From assembly GCA_050613775.1 (NCBI GenBank), contig JBODTK010000110.1, forward strand, positions 248,001-312,000: 64,000 bases of DNA. Direction: 5' to 3'. This document shows positions 37,701-51,756 of the stretch, piece by piece. The first letter of the stretch is position 1. Each line of letters opens with the position of its first letter. The DNA is from Neocallimastix sp. 'constans' (Eukaryota). Below the pieces are notes generated by a model. That model ran no database searches, was not told the DNA's origin, and was given only the letters and a program-made list of their open reading frames with translations. A program made the position numbers and the translations under genes.

Positions 37701-39330
37701 TAATATAATGCATTCCAATAAAATATTTAAAAAGGATAAAAAGATGATATGATATTTGTATTGGAGTATTTCTGTTGGTTTAGTCCAATTACAGTTTCCT
37801 ATAATTTCATAAATATTTTTAAATTTATCAAGTTTTATTATTAAAGAATAAATAAATAAAATTAAAAAGAATAAAAAGAAAGAAGTAATAAATGAAAATT
37901 TACATGAAATAATATATATTTCATTTTAAAGCTAGACAACACTTTTATATATGTATTTTTGTAATTTACACAATTAAATTTTCATACAACAGAAAATTTT
38001 AATTCTGATTTTGAAAAATGTATTAGTCTTTGGAATGTTATATGAAGGTTTATTAAAATAAATAATAATATTTATTAATTTTAATTATTTTTTCATTTTA
38101 TTTTTTTTTTTTTTTTGCATATAAATAATTTATATTGTATATATATACAATATACAATATTTATAACATAACTAAAATATATATCACAATATAAAATATA
38201 CGTACGAATCAAATTTCGATTTTTTAATTTTACCTAATAAAGATGATAATTCTTGAAAAAATTATTTTTTTGATCTTGGATCTTCTGTAAGTAATCAACG
38301 TTGTATTTCAATTATGGTACTTTTAATTAAAGAAAGCTATATAATACATATTTTCTTTTAAAATGACTATTTATGAAAGTAAAAATATTAGAAATAGATA
38401 TTTTAACCTTTTTTTATTTTTTAAATATTAATACCATCAAATTAATTCTCAGCAATAATATGCATGTCAGAGCTCCAATGCTGAACATTATCTACCTATG
38501 CGAAAACGGAAGTGTTGTAACTACCTCAATATTCCCATGTTTTGAGGGGGAGGGTGAGAATAAAGCGGTACACACTGGAAATAAATAAATAAAAAGTCTA
38601 TATAATTTATATTATAATAATAAATATTTTTCCATTTTTTTAAGATTAATCAATCAGATAAGAAAATTTCCTGCTTACAATAAAACAGTTTTGCAAAAAT
38701 AATATTTTCAATTTGATATATTACTGCTTTTTACATAATTGCCAGATGTGTATTTAAACATTCTTCCATAAAATCAAAATATGTCTATAGTTTTATTCGT
38801 ATTCAAAATTTAACTTTAATTATGATACTATAAATGAGAAAATTGGCTATTGTTAATTGTATTAATCCATCTATTAAATATGCTTATATTTTATTTTGTA
38901 ATTAAAATTAAATTATATTTTAATAAAAAAAATAGACAAAGGAAGGAATATTGATAAACAAAACAAAATAAAAATAAAAAATGTAAAAAAAAATAATTAA
39001 TTAAAACTTTAGATGAACAAATAGGTATTGATTTTAATTCAAGCCACCATAATGTTGGATAAAGAATAATTTATTTTCTTTATTATCATAATAATTATAT
39101 AAAAAGATTAGATTTATTAATTATATTTTATATCTTATTATTTTATCAGTTATTTATTCGATATAGTTTTCATTTGTCATTTCGTATCTTTTATGACTGC
39201 TTATAGTGAATTCTACTGGTGATTCTTAATTTTTATTCCATTTTATACACTTTACAAAAGTAAATACATATTTTATTAAATGAAATATTTTATAGATAAT
39301 AAAAAATAAAAATAAAATAAAATAAAATAA

Positions 39331-40010
39331 AATAAAATAAATAGTAGAATATAAATATAAGTACAGATTGAATAAAATAAATAGTAGAATATAAATATAA
39401 GTACAGATTGAATAAAATAAATAGTAGAATATAAATATAAGTACAGATTGAATAAAATAAATAGTAGAATATAAATATAAGTACAGATTGAATAAAATAA
39501 ATAGTAGAATATAAATATAAGTACAGATTGAATAAAATAAATAGTAGAATATAAATATAAGTACAGATTGAATAAAATAAATAGTAGAATATAAATATAA
39601 GTACAGATTGAATAAAATAAATAGTAGAATATAAATATAAGTACAGATTGAATAAAATAAATAGTAGAATATAAATATAAGTACAGATTGAATAAAATAA
39701 ATAGTAGAATATAAATATAAGTACAGATTGAATAAAATAAATAGTAGAATATAAATATAAGTACAGATTGAATAAAATAAATAGTAGAATATAAATATAA
39801 GTACAGATTGAATAAAATAAATAGTAGAATATAAATATAAGTACAGATTGAATAAAATAAATAGTAGAATATAAATATAAGTACAGATTGAATAAAATAA
39901 ATAGTAGAATATAAATATAAGTACAGATTGAATAAAATAAATAGTAGAATATAAATATAAGTACAGATTGAATAAAATAAATAGTAGAATATAAATATAA
40001 GTACAGATTA
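39331..40010 (+). repeat. Minisatellite: 17 tandem copies of a 40-bp unit AATAAAATAAATAGTAGAATATAAATATAAGTACAGATTG, flanked by (AAAAT)n
   Basis: Direct reading; copies are identical except the last base of the final unit. Confidence 0.97.
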
Positions 40011-40756
40011 AATAAAATAAAATAAAATAAAATAAAATAAAATAAAATAAAATAAAATAAAATAAAATAAAATAAAAATTAATGGAATTAATTATTTTTT
40101 AAATTAAATTTATAAATCTAATTTCAATGAAATATATATAGTTATTGCTAGGGTCATTTTACTAATTTTAAAGACTTATACTACTAGAAAATCAACATTA
40201 TCTAAAAAACCTAACGAAAAAAAGCAAGCCAAAAGAGAAAGAGTTTAATATAAATACATTAATTAAATAAAATAAAATAGGTATTATTACAGAAGGAATA
40301 AAAATTTATATTTATGATAGTATTATTATATTATCAATTTATTTATTTATATCTTTTAAAATAAGAATAAATATTAAATTAAAATAAATAGTAATAGGAA
40401 AAATAATATATTTAAATAATAATTAAAAATTATTTATAATATTTTATTTATAATATAATAATTATAATAATAATTTTTTTTTTAATAATTAATATAATTA
40501 TAAATAAAGAGTTTTTAAATATACAAATATATATATATATATATATATAATTAATTATTAGTATATAAAGATATATTTTCAAAATTTTTAAATTCACATA
40601 TATATATTTATAATTAATCTAAATAATATTTTATATATATATATATATATTGTTTTTTTAATTAAATATGTATATACATTTTCTCATTACAAAATTTATT
40701 TTATATAATATATAGAAAATTATTTCTCTTTAATAATAGAGTATTACATTATTAAA

Positions 40757-41935
40757 TTATTTAATTTTTGTATTTAGAAGCGTTAATAATTCCATTGGCA
40801 TTCTTAACATGTAGTCAATTTGTTTTTCATTATTAATATTTTTATAGTAAGCATTTATATAATTATTAGTTTCTGTAGTGCTATTTTTTAAGACTTCAAT
40901 TAATGATTCTCTCCATGATAGATATTCATTATCATAAATAAAAGTAGATATTAATTTGTCATTATGTTTTGGGGATTGCACAGAATCATATCCTTTTGGA
41001 CTTACTAAATTTGATTTCAATGTCTGATTTGAAAAAGTATCTTTTTCATTGTTAGGAGAATTTAGTGAAGTATTACTTCTATTTTGATATATTGTTGGTT
41101 CTTGTGTTTTCTTATTATCTCTGTCACTATTTAATCTTAGCTTAGAAGTACCAATTTCATTACCAACATCAATATAATATATAGAATTCACATTTGGAGC
41201 AAAATCTGATCCTTTAAATGAAAATATACCACTAGATGACCTTGAGAAACATTTATATAATGTATAATTTTTACTATTATGTCTAATTAATTCATTTTCA
41301 TATTTTTGGTCCACTAAACCACTATATTCAGTATCAAATAAGATTTTATCTATTATATTTGATTCTTGTCCTTTTCTTACATTAGATACCATAAAATTAA
41401 TATTTGACATATTTAATTCTTTCTTTATATCATAAAATGCAGGGGAAGCGCTTGTAATTGCTGAAGTTGTAACAACGCTTGATCTATTAGATTGATTATA
41501 AGAATCAACTTGAGGAATAATTGGCATATCGGCTTGAGTAGAAAATATTTGATTACCTTTTGAAGTTAAAGATTGTGAAGTTTTAGGTCCTGTATGATTA
41601 TTTCTATTTGGACTTGCAATATTAAATGGTGAAATTGGAACTTGATTATCACTTAGTGGTGCTTTTTGACTACGGGTTAAAATTTTTAAATTATTCCCTT
41701 TTAATTCATTTGGTTTTTGAGGTAGCTTATCAAAATTTTTTCTTTCCGTTGAAAAAGGTGACATTGGTTCATTTAAACGACAATTTATCGTTTGCTCTAC
41801 TGTAAAAGGTGATTGCTCATTAGAATTTATGATTCGAAAAGGAGATTTTGGACTTTGAGTTATATGCTGAGTTGATATTTTATTTACTAATGGCGAGTTT
41901 CTACCATCATTGTTTGTTAATTTTTGATTACTCAT
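40757..41935 (-). CDS. Hypothetical 392-aa protein, single exon, Ser/Pro-rich N-terminus
   Basis: Long uninterrupted non-repetitive ORF in very AT-rich DNA; no family recognised. Confidence 0.7.
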   Translation of the reverse strand: MSNQKLTNNDGRNSPLVNKISTQHITQSPKSPFRIINSNEQSPFTVEQTINCRLNEPMSPFSTERKNFDKLPQKPNELKGNNLKILTRSQKAPLSDNQVPISPFNIASPNRNNHTGPKTSQSLTSKGNQIFSTQADMPIIPQVDSYNQSNRSSVVTTSAITSASPAFYDIKKELNMSNINFMVSNVRKGQESNIIDKILFDTEYSGLVDQKYENELIRHNSKNYTLYKCFSRSSSGIFSFKGSDFAPNVNSIYYIDVGNEIGTSKLRLNSDRDNKKTQEPTIYQNRSNTSLNSPNNEKDTFSNQTLKSNLVSPKGYDSVQSPKHNDKLISTFIYDNEYLSWRESLIEVLKNSTTETNNYINAYYKNINNEKQIDYMLRMPMELLTLLNTKIK

Positions 41936-42020
41936 TATTTTATATTGACTTAAAAAACGTAATATAAATGATATTTTATTAAATAATAATTAATTTTAAA
42001 TAATTATTATTATTATTATA

Positions 42021-42074
<54 letters not shown>

Positions 42075-44956
42075 TAGTACATTTATTATAGAAAAAAATA
42101 ACAGTAATAATTATTTCTTTTTTTTTCAATCTTTTATTGTTATTTTTATTTAATACAATTTTTATAATTTACGGTTTAATTTTTTAAATTATTTATTCAT
42201 TCATTTATTTTCTTATCTATATTTAAATAAATAACACTCCAATATTATAGTAAAAAAAAAATAATAATAATATAAATTTTTAAAACTAAAACATTTATAA
42301 TTAAATATAAATAATAAATATTTTAGTTTAAATTTAATATTTAATAATAAATGAATAATAAAATGAGTAATTATTTATTAATAGTAAAGTATTTTATAAA
42401 TTTTAAATAAACTAAAATGAATAATTGAAATATATTTAATAAACAAAATTATTGGAAGAAATTTCGGAGATATTTAGAATATGATACATTAAATTTATAA
42501 TTTGGATAATTTTTGTGTCAAATTTAATTATGAATAAAATTTAATTACAAATTATTAAAATACAAAAAATAACATAAACAAAAATTAAAAAAAAAAAAAA
42601 AAAAAAAATGAAAAAAATAAAATTAAGAAATAAATTTTTTTATATTTTTTATTTTTAATTTTTATATTTTTATTGTATATTACTGTATAATACGTATAAG
42701 GAAGAGACTGGAAGCCTATTTCCCTCCAATTTATTTAATCCCAAGCAATATAAAAAAAAATAAAAATAAAAATAAAAATTTATTTATTTATTATTTATTA
42801 ATTTATTTTATTATATATATATTTAAAAACTATATAAATTTTAAATGAAATGAAAGTCAAAAATATATTAAAATGTTCTTTAAAAAATTTTAATATTTAT
42901 AATAAAAAAAATATAAAAGTATGAATATTATAGCATTCATTATTACTATAATTTAAATAAAATAATATCTATAGGAATCCCATAAATATTTTCACTATCT
43001 TCATTTTGTAATTTTGAATAAATTAAATAATAACATCTTGATTTGAAATTACTATCGTTTGGAACCCATTTATACAGTTTTCATCTTTTAACTTATTTTT
43101 TGTTTTTAATTACTATTACTTTTGATTATATTTATTATATTTATAAAAGACGGAACTTGTCTTGTTATTTAATTTTGATGAATATTTATATTATTTGAAT
43201 AATTGTTATCTTTATTTTTAACATTTTCTTTTTATTATTATTATAGTACTAACTTTAAAATTATTAATAATTCTTTGAAAATATATCCCAAATATTAATA
43301 ATTATAATATAATATCCTTTTTTCTTATTTATTCATACTTCTTTATATTTATTTCTAAATTGAATTATATAATTTAAAAAACTTCGTTGGATACGATAAT
43401 ATAGTTTTAACGCCAGTGAATCACATAGAATCGTAATTAAATCATCATGTTGTTTTTGTAATATTAAATATAAACTCATTTAATATACAGTCGTAATTTA
43501 AATTTAAATTTCTTAAGATATTATATAATTTATTTTATATTTTAACTTTTCATTTTTCTTCTTTTAATCCCACTTCTTTTTCTTTGTGAATTAAAAATGA
43601 CATAATTATTTTCTGATAAGGAATTATTACTATTTGATGATGTACTATTTCAATAATATATTCTTATTTCCTATGATTTTCATTTTAATTACAGAAAAAT
43701 ATTATAGATTGATTAATATACTAATAATATATTAATAGTTCCTTCCTTAACTATTTAAAATATTATTAATATTATTTTTTATTATTATTATAATTATTAT
43801 TATTATTATTATTATTATTATTTATAAAGAATAATCGAAACACATAATAATTATAATTAAAATTAAGATTTATTCATTATAAATTTATAAATGTAATAAA
43901 GCTTTTAAAAAATGAAAAATATGAGTTTAGAAATATATTCAAATAATTATTCTTTTAAAGATTCAAATATTTAATTGTAAATACAAATGAAAATATTATT
44001 ATAAATGTATATTAATGAATATATAACTTTAGATAAATAAAAATAGCAAAATTTAATGAATTTCATAAATAAATAAATGATACTTATATATAGTTACTAT
44101 TTATATTTTGTGCTTTCAAATATACTAAAAATTACTCAAGGAATAAAATATAAAACTTGCATATGTAAATTAATATAATATATAAAAATAAAAGATAAAT
44201 AAACAATAAAATGTAAATATAAAAGAAATAAATAATATTTGTGACGTGACTAATATTTACTTGTAATTATATTAAATCTTTTATTATATATAAAATATTA
44301 TTTTTAATACAACAATTTTAATAATAAATATTAATTTCGTTATAAACTATTATTATTAATATTATAATTGATATAGAAATATTTTGTATTTAAATGGATA
44401 ATTAGGAATTTTAGATGAGCTGTTATATAATTGTTTTTATAAATTTATATAAAATTTTTATAAAATTATAATTTCTATTTTGGTTTTCTTATTTTAAAAA
44501 GCTACATATTTTTTTATTTTTGCTAGCAATATTGGCATTAATGAGAAAACTTTTTTAAAAAAGTTTTCTTATTAAGAACTGGATTGATGTTTCCAACATA
44601 AAAACTTGTTGTTCTATGAACGATTATATAATATGAATCATTTCTTTTTTTCATTATTATTATCATTATTATTCTCCATTAATATTAATATATTATAAAT
44701 TTTATTAAAATATATATTTAAATTTAATTATATAAAATTGGTAGTTTAATTAATATTTAACATGCTTTCCTAATAGAATTATAAATCTTTTTCATATCTT
44801 TTTTAAAATATATTAATATATATATATATATATTGGTTATTTCTATTATTTCTATCTTTTGATAAATAAATGATTTTATTGTTGATATTTAAGTTAATAA
44901 TAAAAATTATTAATTTTTTCCAAAACAAGTAGTATAATCCAATTTATATTAATATT

Positions 44957-45535
44957 GCCTTTCCAGTTATTATTATAGTGGTTAGTACTCCGGAGCTAAA
45001 ACATGAAGGTTTCTGGATCGACCCTACGCATGTATTCTTAATTTAAAGGGGGTATTTTCTCCCTAACCTGAGTTTTCCTTATAGTTGAAATTGGAAGTTC
45101 GCTCTCCATGAAAAGTATGATTTACATATTGTCTCGGGCTCTACCAAGGCCTTGTGTTAAGAATACTTAGGATGAGCAAAGAATATATATACATATACTA
45201 ACAAATCTATTTATCTGAGAAGAACATAACTATTAGTTAATCTTGATGAAAAGCATGAAAGTCCCATGACCTAATCCAAGTCACATTTTCTTTTATGTGA
45301 TTGTTAAAGAATATCATTAAATACTACCCTTGCTTAGAGATTAAAAAAAGAAGGTCGAAACCGATCTGGTATGGCAAATTAGCAACTATTGTAGCTGTGT
45401 AATATATTATATATACTTGTGGTAACTCATATATATTGAATTTTACACTGATCTTGATTGTACTTACAGTATAATAAATATATATGTATATGGTATTATA
45501 TAAAAGAAGAGCGCCATATAAGTATATATATACAA
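44957..45535 (+). mobile_element. Putative tRNA-derived SINE-like element or structured ncRNA
   Basis: GC-richer island without an ORF. A-box-like TATAGTGGTTAGTACTC (~44974-44990) and B-box-like GGATCGACCC (45015-45024) at tRNA spacing. 3' stem TATATGG...CCATATA followed by TA repeats. Confidence 0.4.
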
Positions 45536-46101
45536 AAGTTTTATTATTAAATGCAAGGTCTTGTAATACAGCTTCATTAAATAATTTTGTAATGATTTTA
45601 TCAATACTTCCAAAGCCAAAACCAAAAGTTAAGAATTCAAAATCAAATCAAAAATAAGAAATTTACGATGATAGCGTATAATTGCTTCAATATTCAATAG
45701 AAGAATATAATTTAGCTAAAAGGCGTTCATCATATATATTTTTAGAAAATGTGTTAAGATCCGAAGCATTATTCCATTATAAAAGTGAAAATATTCAACA
45801 ATTAAAATAAGTAATTTAAATAAAAATATTTGAAAATAATAAAAACAACATAAACAATATAATTAGTATATTTCTAATTTTTTTTTTTTTTAATTAGATA
45901 TTTAAAAAATTATTAATTTTTAATATAGAATATTAATATTAATAACAAGTACAATAAAAAAAAAATATCAATGATGGAAAATAATATATATTAATATATA
46001 TATTAGGAGTAATTATATTGAATAAAATAATTTTCTGAATAAAATTTAATGAAGATATAGTTTTATTAGAAAAAATATATTGGAGAAAACAATTAAAAAA
46101 T

Positions 46102-46152
<51 letters not shown>

Positions 46153-46509
46153 TAATATTAATAATAAATATCTTATTAATAATTAAAATATATTTTAAGG
46201 AATAAAATTTTTACATGAATTATTAAAAAACTAATATTATTTATTATAAATTACAATTTAATAACAGTACACTTTTTTTTTTTTTTTTTTTATTTATTAT
46301 AAATTACAATTATTAATTAAAAAAAAGAATAAAGAACAGTATATTATTATTTATTTATTTATTTATATATTTATTTATTTTTATGTATTCATTTATTTTT
46401 TTTTTGGCTAACTTAAAAAAAGGATTAATTGAATTAATGAATTTATATAATAATAATAATATTAATAATAATAATAATTAAATAATAATAATAATAATAA
46501 TAATAATTA

Positions 46510-46548
<39 letters not shown>

Positions 46549-46550
46549 TA

Positions 46551-46622
<72 letters not shown>

Positions 46623-46624
46623 TA

Positions 46625-46730
<106 letters not shown>

Positions 46731-47681
46731 GCAGTAATGTCAAAATCAAAGGTGATTCGATTTAATTACAAGAATATTAATAATAGTTTAAGATAATAAC
46801 GAATAAAATAATGAAATAATAATTAAAATTAGCGATTGTTCAAAAAATAAAAACATTCTGCCTGATAAAGATAATCAAGATAAATTAATAGTTGGTTTTT
46901 AAGTTATATATAAAAGAAATTCAATATTAAATTAAATTTTTAGTACTTTATAATTTATATAAAACTTTTTAACTATTAATATTAATTTATAATAAATTTA
47001 AAATTTTTTTTACAATTAAATTAAAATTTGATTATGAATATTAATTTATAATAAATTATTACACATATTGGTGAGTATTGATTTATTTATTTTTTATTAC
47101 CTTCCTATATCATATCTATATCATGATATATTTCATTTGAAATATAATACTTTTTGATTTTCAATATTTAAATAATGAAAAAATCTATATATTCATTCAA
47201 CATTAATTTGAGATATTCTCTATCATTCAAATGGTTCTCTTTTCTCATTATATATTAAAAAGATTTATCTCAAATATTAAATTCTTATAAAAGAATGGAC
47301 ATAATTAAGTAAATGAATAGAGATATATAAATGGTAGAATGCTTGTGATTATATTTTCTGTATATTTATATTTTTTGCTTTATTTTGTTTATATATATAT
47401 TATTTTTTTCATTTTTTATTATATTTAAATGATATTCTATTAATAAATTTTGTATATAGATTTATTTACTGCTTTATTTTTTTTTTCATTTGGTAAACAA
47501 AAAAATCTTTATTTATCTTTGTATCAATCCCTAATTAAAAAAAATTTTTTTTTTATTGTTCATAATTTTAAATTTATTTAATTATTAATTTTATAAATTT
47601 AAAAAATTTAAATTAAAATTCAACATCAAAAAGTTTCCTATTGAAAATAATCATTTTTTTTATATCTTTATCATTAATAGT

Positions 47682-50132
47682 ATGGCATTATCTTTAGAAT
47701 TAGTAGAAAATAAATATAGTAGTCGTAAAACTTCAGTTTCAAATGCATTTATTGATCAACTATACAGTATAGGAGTTAATAAAATTTTTTATAGAACTTA
47801 CAAAAATACAAATACTAAACAAAGACTTCTTCTAAAAGAAAATAATGATAAAAATAATAATGAAATAAAATTTCCGCAAATTTATAATAATTTTATTGTC
47901 AGTAACTCTGACAATATTTTAAAAAAAATACAAACAACTGATCCAGATGTTGATTTCTATGAAAATCGTTAGTTCATTATATTATAAATTGTCAAAAAAA
48001 TAAACTTTTTTATTTATTATGAATTTTATTATTTTAATTTTATAAGAAAAAGCGGATTTTAGTAATGAAATAGAAGAGTATAAATCTTTATACAAATATT
48101 ATCAAAAAATATTATCACTCGGAATAGTAGATATATATATTGAAAATCAGTTATCAATATATCAATATTTCAAATCGTTAATATTGATTAATAAAAATAT
48201 TACATATATTGATAAAAATTTCAAAAAATTTGAAAAATTACAATATTTATCATTAACTGGTAATTATATTAAAACAATTGAAAATTTACCAACTAGTATT
48301 GAAAAATTGCATTTGAATGCCAATTTGTAAATAAATTTATTTTAATATTTTAAACTTAATATAACTATATATAATAACTTTTTTTATTTTCATTATTTTT
48401 TGAAATTTAACAATATATACCATAATAAAAGAATAACGGAATGGCCAAATTTTAGTGGATTTAATAAACTAATTCATATTGGATTAAGTTATAATAAAAT
48501 ATCAACATTTTATTCCCCGTTATTAAAAAATATGAATTCATCATTAATCCCAAGTACAATAATTTCATTAGATTTGAGTTATAATAATTTTGAGGATATA
48601 GTTATGATATTAAATGTTTTAACACAAATTAGAAATTTAAAAATATTATCTTTTATGGTAAATTTCTTTTATCTTAAATAAAAATATAAATTATTATATA
48701 ATTTATATATATATCTATTACTTTTTAGTTTAAAATATTATATTATATATATCTATTAATATATATTACTAATTATTTTTTTTTTTCTTTTACAAGGGAA
48801 ATCCTATTTTTTTATTACCTCATTACAAACAAATAATCATCTCAAAATTCAATAGTATAACAATTTTAGATGAAAAAAAAATAAATATTTCGGAAAAAGA
48901 AGAATATAATGATTTCTATAATTTATATCAAAATGAAACAGGTATATAATATGGATAATTATTGTAATTGTAATTTAATAAATATTTACTGAATAAAATA
49001 TTAACTATGTATTATAAGATTTATGCTTGAATGTCTCAATTAAATCAGTAATAAATGTTGATGGACCACCAGAATATAATGATGAAATATTAGAACCAGG
49101 ACAAGGAGCAACAGAGTATATGAAAAGATGTATTTTTAATAAAAATTATATATAATAATAAAATTTTAACATTATATATATAAGATATGTATATAGTATT
49201 AAAATTATTTTAGAAAATTTTGATTGTATTGAAACAAATGAAGAAATTTGGAATGAAGAAAATAGATCAATAAATTTTAATTATAATAATAATATTATTC
49301 ATAAAGCAGATATTAAAGCAAGAGATTCATTCTATTGTAAGATAAAAATTATTTTTTGAATATATAATTTAATATAATTTCAATATTAATTGTATATTGT
49401 TTTTTAAATTTTAGCAGGAATTAGGTTTATATTAAATAGAAAAAAGTATTCATATGTAAAAAATCAGGAAAAAAATATTAAAAATACAGAAGTTGAAGAA
49501 AAAGAAAATGTATCATCAAAAAAAGACAAATCAAAACAGAAGAAAAAATCTAAAAAATTATCACAAGCGGAGATTGATGGTATACAAATATATGTTATAT
49601 TTTAATATAAATATTATAATAAATATTGTAATTATTATTATTATTAAATTATAATTAACAAATTTTATTCCAAAAAAAAAATATTTATTAAAGAATTGAA
49701 AAATCTTTATACAAGGACATTAATGGAAGAAATTGAAATATATGATGTTTATATTCCATTAAATTCATTTTTACACGGAGAGGTATATTAAATTATATAA
49801 TAAATAATGGTTGTTTTACCTCAAATAACAAAACTAATTATTAAAAAATATAGAAATATATAGAAGATATCTATATTTTAAATCCATTAATTGATGAAAA
49901 TATATTAAGAAGAGTTGAAGAAAATACAAGCAATGATAAAAAGAAAAATAAAGGATCCAAAAAAAATAATGTGAACGGTAAAAAAGGGGAAAAATCAAAA
50001 GAAAGTGAAAACAATAAAACAAAAGGAAAGGATAAGAAAAAAAATATTTCTAGTAAAGATATAAAAGAAACTGTTGAAGCAGAGAATATAAACCTTACTA
50101 AAAAAATATCATTATCTATTAAACTTAATTAA
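47682..50132 (+). CDS. LRRC43: Leucine-rich repeat protein 43-like (cilium/flagellum-associated); multi-exon
   Basis: YQYFKSLILINKNITYIDKNFKKFEKLQYLSLTGNYIK..LHLNAN..IGLSYNKI..SLDLSYNNF..LSFM|GNPIFLLPHYKQIII..ILDEKKI, collinear with LRRC43 as recalled. Lys-rich tail; TAA ends at 50132. Confidence 0.75.
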
Positions 50133-51119
50133 AGAATTGTTTAATATTATTAAAATTTTATTATATATCAAATAATTATAAATAAAATTATATTAGTAAT
50201 AAATTATTAAGTATTAATAAAAAAAAAAATATTTAACCAGAATTTTAAAAATTAAATTTTCCTTTTTTAATAAGAATATTATTATTTTTAATAAAAATTA
50301 GAATAAAACTATATTATTATATATTTTGGTTTTAAATATTAATTTTACTCATATTTAAATTTACCAGAAATCTTATTATTATAAATAAATATAGATATAA
50401 TTTCTAAAATGTCAGATGAAAAATATGAAAAATATATTTATATATTTATTTTAACAGTTATATTTCATTTATAATGAATAATGTATTATAAATATATATA
50501 TATTCAATCAAGAAATAAAAATTAAAAAATATTAAAGAAATTAAATATATTTATACTATTAATGAAAAAAGATAGTGTTTTATATATACTTATATTGCAA
50601 TAATTATTTTAATAAAATATTATTATTGTAATATTTACCAATTAGTAGTTTTACTCATAATTTATATATATATATTGATCAAAAAGTTTAAAGTAAAATT
50701 CAAAATAAAAAAAGAATAAAAAAAAACTTTAATAAAAAAATAGAAAAAAAGAGAATAAAAATAACTTTAATATTAATTATAAATAATATATAAGTATTAA
50801 TGACTTCCATTTAATAAATTATTTTTACACTAACAAATTTTAAAAATTATTTTAAAAATACCAAAAAATTAAAAATAATATTTTAGTTTTTGATTTTTTA
50901 TTTTGTTTACTATTTTTTATGTGAAAAATTACTTTAATGTTATGAATATATTTTTTAATATATATTAATTCCTATCTTTATATATATAATATATTTATTT
51001 TCAGCTTTTTTCTTTTCTATAAATCTATATATTTTTAATTTTTTTTTACTTTTTTTTTTTTTTTTTTTTTTTATTTTTTTTATTATATTTTCTTTTTAAA
51101 TTTTTATGTTTTATTCTAT

Positions 51120-51150
<31 letters not shown>

Positions 51151-51756
51151 TTCAATTATAATATTAAAGTAATTTAATTATTATTTATTCTTTGTTTATT
51201 GAATTAAATATTTTATAAATTCATAATTATTATTACTACTATTATTATAACGTTAACTATCAATTATATTCATTAATTAAAATATAAATTATATAAGCTA
51301 TATATTTTTATATTGTTATATATGATATAAATGTGTTAAATGAATATAATAAAAAATCAAAATTTTAAATCTACTTTATAATAATATATATTATATATTA
51401 AACAAAATTATTATTATTATTAATTGAAATTTATATATTAGTTTTAATATTTTTTTTTAAAAAAAAAAAAACTCAAATATATAAATAAAAGTAATAATTG
51501 TACTATCTTTTGTTAATATTAGAGAAGAATAAAAATTTATGTATTGAGTAATTAATGTAATTTAATATAAAATCTTTTTTAAAATTATTTTATTATTAAG
51601 TTTTTAATTGAGGTATTATAAGAAATATATAACAAAAAAGAAATCTAGAGATAAGTGATTAAGTAGTATTAATATTAAATAAAGAAAAAGAAAATTAACA
51701 TAAAAATTGCATATTAAAAAGTTAAAAATTTTATTATTTGAAACGAAACAAAAAAT

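Noticed and set aside
39331..40010. CRISPR-like appearance of the 40-bp array
   Set aside because: Head-to-tail identical units without spacers, no cas genes, eukaryotic context.
42960..43700. Coding-like patches here and at 45550-45810, 47030-47340 and 63630-63940
   Set aside because: Stops in all frames examined and no recognisable motif; possibly old pseudogene debris but unsupported.
44965..45035. Functional tRNA gene
   Set aside because: A/B-box-like motifs are present but the acceptor and anticodon stems do not pair.
45240..45375. Hammerhead ribozyme (TTGATGA..GAAA; CGAAAC)
   Set aside because: No intact CUGAUGA core with consistent stems I-III could be built.
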